NCBI GenBank assembly: GCA_951406725.2 | Contig: OX597829.1 | Coordinates: 54,622,001-54,686,000, forward strand | Source of the DNA: Octopus vulgaris | Lineage: Eukaryota | DNA: 64,000 bases | Reading direction: 5' to 3' | In this document: one piece after another, positions 26,320 through 38,919 of the stretch | Position numbering within the stretch: the stretch's first letter is position 1 | Layout: each line of letters begins with the position of its first letter | The notes under the pieces: model-generated | Told to the model about the DNA's origin: nothing | The model's database searches: none | What the model saw: only the letters and a program-made list of their open reading frames with translations | Made by a program: the position numbers and the translations under genes

Positions 26320-26705
26320 AAAGGAACCTTTACATGGTCATACGCCCTGCTAGAAACAGCAGTCAAACCTCTCTAAAATTCTTTTCTGCTCTCTTAGAAA
26401 AGGAAAAGACATTTTGTTGTGTAATTTTAAGCACACAATGTTTTAATAAAGAAGGCATAATATTTGTGACCAGAACAACTTTGATTTTAGGTTTCTTGAT
26501 CAGAACAAATGACAACTTTGATCTGATCATTGATTGATCAGTTTGATTGTTTTTACATTCTGAGTTCAAATTCCACCAAGGTCGGCTTTGCCTTTCATCC
26601 TTTCGGGGGTCAATAAATTAAGTACCAGTTGCGTACTGGGGTCAATGTAATCGACTGGCTCCCTCCCCCAAAATTTCGGGCCTTGTGCCTAGAGTAGAAA
26701 AGTTT
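26320..26705 (+). mobile_element. Dispersed repeat family E fragment (ctgctagaaayagcagc) followed by SINE B 3' half (26555-26705)
   Basis: Family E also at ~34595-34770(-), 47230-47490 and 49935-50550. Confidence 0.65.
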
Positions 26706-28007
26706 GATTGTTAATAGTATTTTCTCAAAATCACTTTGAAGCAATAATGTTGTCCGTGAAAGTTATTAATGGAAACATGCAACACAAAATAATTTGTTGC
26801 TGCAATTCAAATGTAACTTTTACAAATCTTCTCCTTTCCTTTGTATAAAGTACCACATAAAAAATATAAATGAAAATAAAAAAAAGATTAAATTGTTGTT
26901 ATTGGGTAGCCCTAGATTGAGCAAGGTCAACAGTATTCTAGCCATGATCACCCCTCTTTTTTTGACCCCATTATCCTCCTTTACTTGAAATGATTTGAAG
27001 AAGATTAAGTTGGCATAAAAGTAATTTTAAACTGCACTATTGACTTTTCTGAGTTCAAATCATGTGAAGGTATTCTTATCTTTCAAGGTACATAAAATAA
27101 ACATTAATAGGGACCTAAAATCGATTTAATCAATATATTCTTTCTAATCAGAATGAAAATATTTGCACCTAGTCATAAGAATCAATATCAATAAAACATA
27201 CCAGGTCAAAATACTTAACAGAAAATCTTATAGTACAAGATCGCACTGCCCTACTTTTAAACCATACTCAATTATTCATTGACCCTCATTGCTTCAGAGT
27301 TGACAGAATAAATGTTAGTATTATATTAACGACGATTTAATCGATTTCTATCCAGCACAAAAGGAAAAATCAAAGTAAAATCAGTATTTCTCATTTTATT
27401 AAAATATAGGGCAGGTTGACCTAAAAAAGCTAGTTTGTTATGAAATTTTATGCATATTACTTTATATTACTACAGCAGCATTCTGGTTCCTAATTTGCTA
27501 ATATATGGTTCCGAAAATAAAACTTCTATTTAAAAAAGCACTTTATATTGCAAAAATATTAAATAAAGTAAAGAAATTTTATTTAACATTTAGTAAAATG
27601 ATTCAAAAAAAGTTATCTACTGATATCATTTTTAGAATATATATATCATTTAATATATACACTTTAGAAAAGAACTACTAATAGTTTTATGCTGTTACAT
27701 ACACTAATTTGTCTGATTTATATAACATGCAATATGTCTGCGAGCAATTTTTCTGATTCAGTGCATACCATGTTAGACCTATTTGAAAACCACAATGCTG
27801 ATCTATGAGAAAATAACAAAAAAAAATTAATAATAATAATAATAAAGGAGGAAAACACCAGAATGTTTATGCAAAATGATGAATGAAAAGAAAGAATAGA
27901 AAAGTGATAAAACCAAAATCTTCATTCCCTTTGTAGAAATTATAATTAATCTAGCTGATGTAGGAAAATATGATGGAAAAGAGGTCAAAGTCTATGAGGT
28001 AGGGTAG

Positions 28008-28118
28008 TCAATCTGGAGAGAATGGTGTCTTCCAGTTTGACAAAAGAAACTTGTCCATATGCTTGCAATTGTTAAAAATTTCAGATTTGTAGTTCTTAGT
28101 GTGGTGGAATTCCTGGAT
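28008..28118 (-). other. Candidate terminal exon of an unidentified host gene
   Basis: Acceptor ttctttttAG; open frame IQEFHHTKNYKSEIFNNCKHMDKFLLSNWKTPFSPD*; followed by ~1 kb repeat-poor AT-rich sequence; no homology recognised. Confidence 0.25.
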
Positions 28119-28212
28119 CTAAAAAGAATATGTGATCTTTCAGCTATGCATAACTTGCATCTTTTTGATCAATTTTTTTTTCTGACATAGACTTCTACAC
28201 GATATTCTATTT

Positions 28213-28268
<56 letters not shown>

Positions 28269-28699
28269 AAAAATTAAAATTCAGAAAAGCTATAGAGAAT
28301 ATTTAACAAGTTAATCATGATCATCATCATCATCATTATCATCATCATGGCTTTAATTTTCATTTTCACACTCAGATTAGAAACAAAATTTTACCAATTT
28401 ATTCTTTGAATTGTTTCCTCCAGATGTTCCTGAAATGACCCAAGGCATTCATCACAATACCAGGTAATGTATTTTGACTTTCTAACTTGTAAAAGATTTA
28501 ATGCAACCTGTATGGGTTTTTTTTAAATTTTAAACTGATGTTTTGTTTTTCTAACTATTTTCCTCTTACTGGTGTTTTATTGAGACATTCCAATTGTTTT
28601 TTGAGTCACATTCATCATATGATAGTATTACACATGAGTGCAAAAAAATCCCTTCATATACATACACTTACACACAGATACACTCACATACACATATAT

Positions 28700-29500
28700 G
28701 TATGGAGAGGTAGACCCAGGAAGACATGGGATGAGGTAGTCAAGCATAACCTCAGAGCGTTGGGCCTCACTGAGGCAATGGCGAAGGACCGAGATCTCTG
28801 GAGATATACTGTGACTGCAAAGACCCGGGCTGCTTCCTGCACCAGTTCCGCATAGCCCCATCCCATTCAATGTACCCTGGATCCTAGAACGTCCCACTGT
28901 GCTTGAGGAGACCTGTTGAGTCAAGTACATGAACATGAACATGGAAATAAATATCAATGGAAATAGTAGTTGTGATACCTGTGCCAGTGGCACATAAAAA
29001 GCACCATCCAAACGTGGCCGTAGCCAGTGCCGACTCGACTGGCTTCTGTGCCAGTGGCACATAAAAAGCACCATCCAAACGTGGCTGATGCCAGCACTGC
29101 CCCGACTGGCTTCTGTGCCGGTGGCACATAAAAAGCACCATCCAAATGTGGCCGATGCCAGCACCGCCCTGACTAGCTTCTGTGCCAGTGGCACATAAAA
29201 AGCACCATCCGAACGTTGCCATTGCCAGCGCCGCCTTGGCTGGCTTCCGTGCCGGTGGCACGTTAAAAGCTCCAACCGATTGTGGCTGATGCCGGACCCC
29301 TCTGGCACCTGTGAAGGTGGCACGTAAAAAGCACCCACTACACTCGCGGAGTGGTTGGCATTAGGAAGGGCATCCAGCTGTAGAAACTCTGCCAGATCAG
29401 ACTGGAGCCTGGTGCAGCCCTTGGCTTCCCAGATCCCGGTCGAACCGTCCAACCCGTGCTAGCATGGAAAACGGACGTTAAACGATGATGATGATGATGA
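28700..29500 (+). mobile_element. Family C RTE LINE 3' end: ORF C-terminus, 3' UTR VNTR (6 units) and (GAT)n tail
   Basis: RGRPRKTWDEVVKHNLRALGL..DRDLWR; units start at 28981, 29048, 29115, 29182, 29249, 29311. Confidence 0.9.
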
Positions 29501-29596
29501 TATATATATATATATATATACACACACATACACATATATATCTATATATCATCATCATCATCAATAATGTTGATGATATATATATGTATATATATT

Positions 29597-29970
29597 GTCT
29601 TTTGTCATTTACTTGTTTCAGTCATGAGACTGTGGCCATGCTGGGGCACTGCTTTGAAGAGTTTTTTAGTCATATAAATCAATCCCGATACTTCTCTTTT
29701 TAAGCTTGGTACTTTTTGTATTCGTCTCTTTTGTCAAAGTACTAAGATACAGGGACATAAACACACCAACACCAGTTGTTAGGCAGTGTAGTTGGAGATA
29801 AACATAGACAGAAACACACACACACACACGCACAAACATTATACCTATATGATGGGCTTCTTTCAATTTGCATCTACCAAATCCACTCACAAGACTGGTT
29901 GGCTCGAGGCTAAAGTAGAAGATACTTGCCTGAAGTACTACACAATGGGATTGAACCCGGAACATGGCTG
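29597..29970 (-). mobile_element. SINE family A copy
   Basis: Reverse complement of family A. Confidence 0.8.
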
Positions 29971-31075
29971 TGCCTATTAAAGTGATGTACAACCTTGGAT
30001 TCTTATAAGACTACTTGGTGGGAGCAACAGACAGTTGGGAAACTGCTTTTATTCTTCAAATAGCTATGGTTAAAGAGCAATATTCTACAAGGAAACTATT
30101 CTACTTCTATACAGAGTATCTTATCTGATGTTTCACTTTTAAAATTTGATATTTGCCCTGCAATAAAATCAGAAAGGAAACCGGAAATTAAAAAGATTGA
30201 GATAATAAGAACATGAAGCATGAATCAGTCATTTGATTTCCAAGGTGTAAAGGTTGATTATCTTGTAAAAAAAAAAGAAAGAAATGTTTCAGGAGCCAAG
30301 ATACAAATAATGATGGCTCTGTTTTAGCTTCAGAGTTGATGTTAAGCAACTGTAACAGAAGTATGGTTATCATTCTGACGATTAGGCTTAAATGCCCAAA
30401 TATTGGCTCATATGTGTGTTTTCCACAAGGGGTCACATGACCTGGTCACGTGCTGGTCAGTCCTTCTAGCTTTATGTGGGCTATCCTTCCCATCACATGG
30501 CAGACCAGCTAGCTCGGGCAATTATGTATGTTTGCTGGAGCCCACTAGTAGCTTTAAAAGGAGAAATCTTGCCTGCTATTCTTCACTGTGGTGGGAAGAC
30601 ACAGTCAAGTTTGGATCTCAGCAGAGACATGAGTTATTCAGCGAAGAGATTTGATGTGCTGTTACATTCTGTAACAAGGTCCAAGTTCCAGCTGCATGAG
30701 AAACCAACATGTATATATTTTCTGATCAAATCATTGAAGATGTACCAATTTTGCTGTACCTTCCATTAAGCATTTAAAAAAGGTGTGGCAGTCAATTACA
30801 ACTCTTGTCCTTGTACTTTCCTTCAACTGTTATACCTGACTCATTTGGAACCAGGAATTTATAATGTTACCAGGGCCAGAGCCATGATACTTCAACTCTT
30901 AAACAACAATGGAAAGTTGATACATAAAGTTTAAAAAGAGATTTTATTTCATAATGCAATTCCTGAGCAATATCATCATTGAATAAATGCTTGTAAGAGA
31001 GTGTCTGTAACTTGATCCAGAATTAATAATATATCAACGAATTTCATTTGATTTTTTTTTTCAGTTCTCTCTCTC

Positions 31076-31109
<34 letters not shown>

Positions 31110-31375
31110 AACACACACACACACACACACACACACATGGAAACTTGCACACATACATAAGTATACTAATATCTGTTTTTAGGTATATATTTTAAGTATA
31201 TCAAATAGTAAAACACTAAAAGGAATACTTTGTACATTTAAACAGAGTTTCAAAAATGACTTCATAGTCATTTGTCTCCACTGGCTTCATCAGACAGTCT
31301 CATGAAACAAATGGAAGTGAAACTTTCAAACCACTGTCAACCATTCCCTCAAATACACACACACACACACACACA

Positions 31376-32140
31376 CACAGAGTGCAGTCAATAAATTGTC
31401 ATCTAAATTAAGCAACACTGACATTTCATTTTAACAGATATATTTACCAAAATTACATAAAAATGTCTTGAAATACTAAAGAGTAAAGTTATTCAATAAA
31501 GCCACCATTGGCTTCAACCACAGCCTCCAGATGACTTCGGAATTTCCTGCAACTCTTCTGGACGGTCTCTTTGTTTAAGTTGGTGAATGCTGCCATAATC
31601 CTTGCCTTCAGGTTATTTTTGGTGTTACAAGGAGTTTTGTTGGTGCCCCGCTCAACTGCGCCCCACACATCAAGGGTGTTGCAATCTGGGGAGCAAGGTG
31701 GCCAGGTGTTAGGGGGTGATGTGGTCGCAGAAATTGTCTGACATCCACGACTCTGTTCTCCAGCTTGTGTGGCATGGTGCAGAGTCCTGTTGCCAGGCAT
31801 AGGATCTTCCAGCAGCCACCCTCTTCAGATAGGGCAGCCCTACTTCCTCCAGGCACTTAATGTAGGCCCCTGTTTTGAGTGTGACACCATTTGGGAAGAT
31901 GAATGGAGGCATAACGTCACCATAACTAATGATCACTCGAAACACTATGATGTTGACTGGATGTTTGATTTTTATAACTCTTGGTACATATCCTCAAATT
32001 GACACCCAAATACTCTGAAATGTTCATATTGGAGCTTCTGGCATGAATGCCAAGCAGTGCAGCATGTTTTCAAATTTCTGGCAGGGTGAATTATGTCATG
32101 GTGCTGTTTTATGATAGATGATGCCCAACTGTCCCTACTA
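31376..32140 (-). mobile_element. Internally deleted DD37D (maT-like) transposon remnant
   Basis: WQQDSAPCHTS...WPPCSPDCNTLD gives 37 residues between the 2nd and 3rd Asp after one frameshift; ends HLEAVVEANGGFIE*. Confidence 0.8.
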
Positions 32141-32269
32141 TACTGTGCAGTCAACAAAATCAAAAACAAACAATGCACATGCATGAAATAAAAAATATAA
32201 AATGGCGATAATTTACCCATCACAACCTGTATAAATATCTATATGTATACCGCAACTATATATATATAT

Positions 32270-32552
32270 CCGAACGTGGCCGTTGGCAGCACCGCCTCGA
32301 CTGGCCTCCGTGCTGGTGGCATGTAAAAAGCACCATCCAATCGTGGCCGTTGCCAGCCTCGCCTGGCACCTGTGCCGGTGGCATGTAAAAAGCACCCACT
32401 ACACTCACGGAGTGGTTGGCGTTAGGAAGGGCATCCAGCCATAGAAACATTGCCAGATCAGACTGGGCCTGGTGCAGCCTTCTGGCTTCCCAGACTGCAG
32501 TTGAACCGTCCAACCCATGCTAGCATGGAAAGCGGACGCTAAACGATGATGA
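32270..32552 (+). mobile_element. Family C RTE 3' UTR fragment with VNTR units
   Basis: Match to 28700-29500. Confidence 0.85.
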
Positions 32553-32700
32553 TATATATATATACTCACAATGAGGATATTTAAACCTCTTATAGGGATA
32601 TTTTTATACAAGGTACAGTAATTTAATATAATATATTTTAAAGAAATATTTCTTCAGTGAATATATCATATAGAATATCATGAAATATCAAATATTATTA

Positions 32701-32946
32701 TCGAGTTAGAAAACAGAGAGGTCTAATAGATAGAAATTAACTTATTAATCAATAAACATATTCACATACAACTGTTTCATTTCACAAAATCATCTTCTAT
32801 ACAAGGTATTTAAAATGCAAAATTTTATATTTGTATACATTTTGTAATTTTAATTTTGGTTGTGAAATGAAACAATTGTAGGTGAATGTGTTGATTAATT
32901 AATAAACTAATTTGTATCCATTAGCTCTCTCTGTTTTCTAACTTGA
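32701..32946. repeat. Imperfect inverted repeat (~85 bp arms) with degenerate hammerhead halves
   Basis: tcgagttagaaaacagagag... versus ...ctctctgttttctaacttga; GAAA CAATTG TA (+) and GAAA CAGTTG TA (-). Confidence 0.7.
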
Positions 32947-33394
32947 TTATATATATATATAATGCATAGGTCTGTATGTATGTCTGTGTCTGACCATGGG
33001 CTTCAGTACAGTTTTCAACCAAATTCAATTCACAAGCAATGGTTACCTATGGCTATGGTAGATGACACCTGGGGTCAAACCTGAAGCCATGAAGTTGCAA
33101 AGCAGGTGTCTTAACCACACGGCCATCCATGTGGCTGATATAGAACCAATTATTTGTGCATGTTAGATTTTTGTTGCAGCAGTCAACAGAAGCCTGGAAG
33201 CTAAAACCCTCTTATTAATCTTTTCTGAGAAACCAGGCTCCTAATATTTTCTCAACTGTCTCTTTTCAGTTTCATCTATTTTATAGGTATTCAAAAGTTG
33301 CAAGCTCTGAAGTTGTTTAACAGGATCAAAATGTTTAAAAAGAGAGAAAAAAGAAACAAAACCAATGTAAAACTGTAAATACAATATTTTTTGT

Positions 33395-33628
33395 TTTATT
33401 TCTTTATTGCCCACAAGGGGCTAAACATAGAGGGGACAAACAAGGACAGACAAAGGGGTTAAGTCAATTACATCGACCCCAGTGTGTAACTGGTTCTTAA
33501 TTTATTGACCCCGAAAGGACGAAAGGCAAAGTCGACCTTGGCGGAATTTGAACTCAGAACGTAATGGCAGATGAAATGCCGCTAAGCATTTCGCCCGGCG
33601 TGCTTACGTTTCTCCCAGCTCGCCGCCT
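33395..33628 (-). mobile_element. SINE family B, relatively intact copy
   Basis: ggcggcgagctggg...gttctgagttcaaattccgcc (tRNA-like B box). Confidence 0.85.
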
Positions 33629-33733
33629 GTAAATACAATATTAATTATAGAGTCAGTAGTCTTGTATGCTTTTGATATATTAAAATTATTGCTCTGGAAT
33701 AAAGTAAAGTATGACTCTATCTTTATTGTATAT

Positions 33734-34396
33734 TTAACCCCTTTAGCATTTAAACTGGCCAAATCCAACTCAAATATTCCACCTATTTTATGATGAAATT
33801 GACCAGATCTGACTTCTCATACCTACCATGCAATGTCCTTCCAAAAGTAGATAATCACACCATTGAAATCTTGTAGTCATGAGATAATACATAATTAATT
33901 AAAAATATTGTGACTAAATAAGGATTAAAGTAATCTGGATGCTAAAGGGTTAACCATTCAGCATTTAAACCTGCTATATTGGGCTCAGATATTCTATCCA
34001 TTCTGACACTGATACTGGCCACGTGCAGCCTCTCAAACCTACCCTACAATGTCATTCTAAAAATAAACAATCACCTCATTGAAACCTCTAAGTGATGAGA
34101 TAATGCATGATTAATACAGAATAACATGAATAATTAGGCATTTTATTCGAAAGTAATCTGGATGCTAAACGGTTAAAGCAGAGGTTAAATGGGTTAATCC
34201 AGCCCAAATATTCTACCTGTTATATATTTTAGCTGGTGAGCTATGGCCTCTCACACTTACCCTACAATGTCATTCTAAAAATAAACAATCACATAATTAA
34301 ATTCTCAAGCTGCAAGGTAATTCATGATTAATTTTAAAACAATGTGAATAAATAAGCTTTACATTTGACAGATTAATCTAAATGCTAAAGGGTTAA
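33734..34396. mobile_element. Three head-to-tail piggyBac-type MITE copies joined at TTAA
   Basis: TTAA-CCCCTTTAGCAT...ATGCTAAAGGG-TTAA; TTAA at 33734, 33950, 34173, 34393. Confidence 0.8.
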
Positions 34397-34974
34397 AATA
34401 AATTTAGTGGTGTGGGGTTTTGAAAATTTGATGTGTCCTAACTTGAGATTTTTGAAAATCTATCTGCCATCTTATCAGGGGCTGGCAAGAATTTGCTTGA
34501 TCATTATATATGAGTAAAATTATCATTTGAACCAGCTGCAATTATTAATACCTTAATTTGGCAAGAATTGTCAAAGAAAGCTGCTTTTGTTGCATAGCAT
34601 CAAGTCAGCCCTGATGAGGCAAACTTATGATCAAAGACACTCTAGCAATGACCATCTCATCATTTCAGACAGTTTATCTTGGATTACATTATCCAATGTA
34701 TTATCTAATGTAATAATAGAGAAATTTAGTTGCCATTTCTAGCAAAACAACAGATCGTGTATGGGCTGGCTCCCTCAGTGACTCAAGTCAGTGGTTCCCT
34801 GACTGGTGCATGAAGAGAAGGATATTTATGATAAAAGGACAAGTCAACTGCTTCTTGATCAAGAAAACCCTCATTACTTTCTTCTGTTTAAACCTACAGG
34901 ATATTTAATAAATTATATCTTTAAAGTCATTTTTATTGTGATGACCATCACCAATCAACATGATCATCATCGTA

Positions 34975-35090
34975 TGGTCATCACCATGACCATCATCATC
35001 ACCATGACCATCATCATCACCATGACCATCATCATCACCATGACCATCATCATCACCATGACCATCATCATCACCACTATCATCATCATT
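34975..35090. repeat. 18-bp tandem repeat (CATCATCATCACCATGAC)n, about 5 copies
   Basis: Direct reading. Confidence 0.9.
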
Positions 35091-36085
35091 ATCTTTGCCA
35101 CTATTAATCCTTGTTTTAATTGCCATTTTTACGTTTGGATTAGAAACAAAATTTCACCAATTTATTCTTTGACTTGTTTCCAACAAAAGTAAGTACCCCC
35201 CCCCCCGTCCCTCCACACCTCTGGAAAGTTCCTGAATCCTCTCTCAACATGCAACTACAGTATACAGCGGAATTTATTTTGAGTTTGAATATCATCTGAT
35301 CAAGCGATCTGATCTAATCTGTATATTTATCTGATTCATTTTACATCAATATTTTACTTTATTTTTAAACAATTTTCCTTTCACTGATGTTTCACCAAGA
35401 CATTCCAATTACTTTTTTGAGTCTCATTCCAAGCCCTTGTAGAAATAAAAACAAGTTATATTCTACCGGTTTGATTTGCTATTTTGATCAACAGAAAGAA
35501 ATGGTTCACAGAAGAGAAAAGTTATTAAATCTGTCCCCCACCCCACCCACCTACAAGCATAGATTTTCACTAAAATGTGGTAAATGTAAATTTACATTTA
35601 TACTTTCTTAAGTATCTAAATTTATTACGTTAGAACTCAAAATATTTCAAATACAGTAAAAATTAAGAAAATAGGTCAGAGTGACCTTTATTTTAAAAAT
35701 TATATGAACATTGTTTCTAAGCTAGGTTCAAAGCTTCCAAAATTTTGCTGAGGCTATGCAATGATTGGTATTTTATTTTATCGAACTCCCTAAGGATCGA
35801 AGACAGTTTTGCTGGTGCTGGTGGGATTTGAAATTAAAGTATATTAACTTAAACTCAAGCTCTGATTTTTGAAACAGGATTTGATCTCAGTTTGGTTTTA
35901 AATATCTAAACCTATGGTAAATTGACAAAAACTTGATCTGGATGGTCAGTCATTAGAATATTTAGCATTAAAGAATATTTATTTTAGCATTACATTTTAA
36001 ACATTTACTATTATTCTTCTATTTTAGTTAATTTCTTTTTCCCTACTGGCTTACATTGAGAATTCAAAAATAAAACTTGGCTTAC

Positions 36086-36144
36086 CTTACAGTGAACCCT
36101 TTCTTCAAAGTAAAAATCGAAAATATATGGTCTTTACATAATTT
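36086..36144 (-). other. Candidate 59-nt internal exon of an unidentified host gene
   Basis: Strong acceptor ttttgttttgcAG, strong donor AAG|GTAAGC, single open frame KLCKDHIFSIFTLKKGFTV; in repeat-poor sequence. Confidence 0.45.
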
Positions 36145-36742
36145 CTGCAAAACAAAATCCCAAACTGTGTGCTTTTATTTTGTAAGAATTCTTTCAGACT
36201 TATCCAAGTCCATTTCAATTATGCTGGATATTCTTGCAATTTCAGACTATTGTATAAGTTGATAAAACTAAATGTCTTTCTAAAGACAAGTCAATCATAT
36301 ATGAAAATAATAACCACACACGCTGCCTTCATCATATAATTTGAAGCCAAAATAATTAATTAGCTTGCCAGTCAATTATTTTAGTGAAGTTTCAAAACCT
36401 AGTTCAGCTAATTTTTCCTCTCAATGATCAGCCATTGATTAAAATTGGCAGGAAGTCATAGACCTAATCTACAATTCTTCTTAAGAGTTTGAATAGAAAC
36501 AGGAAATTTTGGATTTTTCTAAATATATATTTATAAAATTTGATTATATACTATATCAGTTTATAAATAGGCTGACTTTATGCTGGCATGTGATAATTGG
36601 TGCCAGAAAAGGTTGGCTTTAGGAAGGACATCCAGCAAAAGAAAAGAAATGCCAAAACTGGAGCATACAAGACTTAGTCCCCTGACTTAACAAGTCATGA
36701 CGATGATGACGACGATGATGATGATTAATATATATATATAAG

Positions 36743-37413
36743 AGTTACGGAATGGAATAGATAAGATTCGGGTTACATATGTTTCATAGCGAGTGGAACC
36801 TCAGAAGTGGTAAATATCCGAGTGAGGTGTATTCCGCAGGCTACTCTTCAGGCCAAGGATATCTTGATTAAATGAAAGTTTACATTGTCACAAGGAGGTA
36901 AATGTTTACACATGGAAGATTCAATCACTTAGATATTTACAACATATGAGGTTCCACTTGCCACGAAACATATGTTGCCTGGATCTTATCTACTCCATTC
37001 CTTAACTTTTGTATTCTTATTTGCATAGCTCACAACCCTGGTCACCTACCATGAAATACAAAAGAAATTTTTTCAGTTTTTCATATTTCGATACAAAAAA
37101 ATCCACAACCTTTCCAATCTAATTGAATCTTCCATTTGTAAACATGTACCTCCATGCGACAATATAAAGTTTCATTTAATCAAGATATTCTTGGCCTGAA
37201 GAGAAGCCTGTGGAATACACCTCACTTTGATATTTACCACTTTCAAGGTTCTGATTGCTATGAAACTTATGTAGCCCAGATCTTATTTACTCCATTCCAT
37301 AACTAATATTCTTAATCACATACTCAGCAACCCGGGTTGCCTACCATGAAATATAAAAAGAACTTTTTCAGTTTATTGTACATTGATATACAAAAAACCC
37401 ACACCCTTCCATC
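36743..37413. mobile_element. Penelope-like terminal-repeat cluster: inverted copy (36743-36927) plus partial and full tandem copies (36932-37117, 37122-37413) with hammerhead motifs
   Basis: GGC CTGAAGA GTAGC...GCTAT GAAA CATATG TA (minus 36851-36774; plus 37196-37276 with substitutions). Confidence 0.75.
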
Positions 37414-37444
37414 ACAGTAAACCACTGCTGACCTGGAAAGTTTA

Positions 37445-38320
37445 TCATCATCATTTAATGTCCACTTTCCATGCTGGTATAGGTTGGATGGCTTGACTGA
37501 GGACTGGCAAACCAGAAGGTTGCACCAGGCTTCAATCTGATCTGGCAAGGTTTCTACAGCTGGATGCCCTCCCTAACACCAACCACTCCTAGAGTATAGT
37601 GGGTTCCTTTTTACATGCCACCAGTATAGGGACCAGTTAGGTGGTACTGGCATTGACCATGCTAGAATGGTGCTTTTTATGTGTCACTGGCACGGGAGCC
37701 AGTCAGGGAGCACTGGCAATGACCACATTTAAATGGTGCTTTTTATATATATATATATATATATATGGAGGCGCAATGGCCCAGTGGTTAGGGCAGCAGA
37801 CTCGCGGTTTCGATTCCCAGACCGGGCGTTGTGAGTGTTTATTGAGCGAAAACACCTAAAAGCTCCACGAGGCTCCGGCAGGGGATGGTGATCCCTGCTG
37901 TACTCTTTCACCACTCTTTCTCTCACTCTTTCTTCTGTTGGCCTGCTCGCTTAGCCAGCGGGGTGGCGTCATTCGAAGGCTAAAACAATGCGAACGCATT
38001 GTGACCAGCGATGTGTAACTACATCTGATGGACTGGTCGGTCATGTGATCACATGATATATACACACACACATACATCATCATCATCATTTAACGTCTGT
38101 TTTCCATGCTGGCATGGGTTAGACGGTTCAACTGGGAAGCCAGGAGGCTACACCAGGCTCCAATCTTATCTGGCAGTGTTTCTACAGCTGGATGCCCATC
38201 CTAACACCAACCACTCCAAGAGTATAGTGGGTGCTTTTTTATGTGACATCATCACAGGGACCAGAGGGGGCTGGCATTGACCACGTTTGGATGGTGCTTT
38301 TTATGTGCCACCGGAATGGG
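37445..38320. mobile_element. Two family C fragments (-) flanking a tRNA-derived SINE (family D, +, 37767-38055)
   Basis: ggaggcgcaaTGGCCCAGTGG (A box)...GGTTTCGATTCCC (B box). Confidence 0.8.
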
Positions 38321-38332
38321 GATCATGTACAT

Positions 38333-38382
<50 letters not shown>

Positions 38383-38689
38383 TATAAATAGAATGAAATA
38401 TGGCAGTTTTGCCATATTTCATTCCATATTGACTTCCTCTAATAAGCGCAGGGTTACATAATCGGATTGTTAACTAACACTCCATTAAATCCAAAGTGCG
38501 AAACTGATTGGTAAAATCAGCCATTATGGATATATAATGCTGAACACTTCATATATATATATATATATATATATGTATGATGGACTCACCCATTGAAGAC
38601 AACTTATGAGTGTTCAGCATTTTTGCCAAATAACCTGCACAATCAATTTATTTATTGTGATTAGATGTTCATACTGCACAGCAGCTCAT

Positions 38690-38880
38690 TCCCTCCATCA
38701 ATTCAATGTTGCATGAACAGGTGAATGGTGTGCCATGCATCAGGTGTCAGAGTGATTTCAGAGCAGTATGAGATGAAGAGCTTTGTTCAAGAACATAATG
38801 CATCACCTAGTCTAGGAATTGAAACCATGATCTCACAATCATGAGGGCATCATCCTAATCACTAGACCACGTGTCCTCAC
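38690..38880 (-). mobile_element. tRNA-derived SINE head, decayed
   Basis: gtggtctagtgattagg...ggtttcaattcctag, related to 42283-42580. Confidence 0.6.
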
Positions 38881-38919
38881 TATATAGTGATGTAAACTGA
38901 AGCCGTTGCATATCATATA

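Noticed and set aside
28424-28463. Plus-strand 40-nt exon (ttcctccAG...AG|GTAAT)
   Set aside because: Lies inside a dispersed repeat also present at ~35140-35430
28975-29340. CRISPR-like repeat-spacer appearance (also 54940-55270)
   Set aside because: The 'spacers' are homologous to each other, the array is part of a LINE 3' UTR, the context is eukaryotic and there are no cas genes
30380-30660. Possible decayed LINE C-terminus (GHVL..FKRR..WWEDTVK)
   Set aside because: Too degraded to assign; likewise 15740-15900
34614-34640. CTGATGA word
   Set aside because: No paired stem II or GAAA follows; part of repeat family E
37767-37830. tRNA gene
   Set aside because: A/B boxes are present, but it lacks a full cloverleaf and continues into a SINE body; the same applies to the other SINE heads
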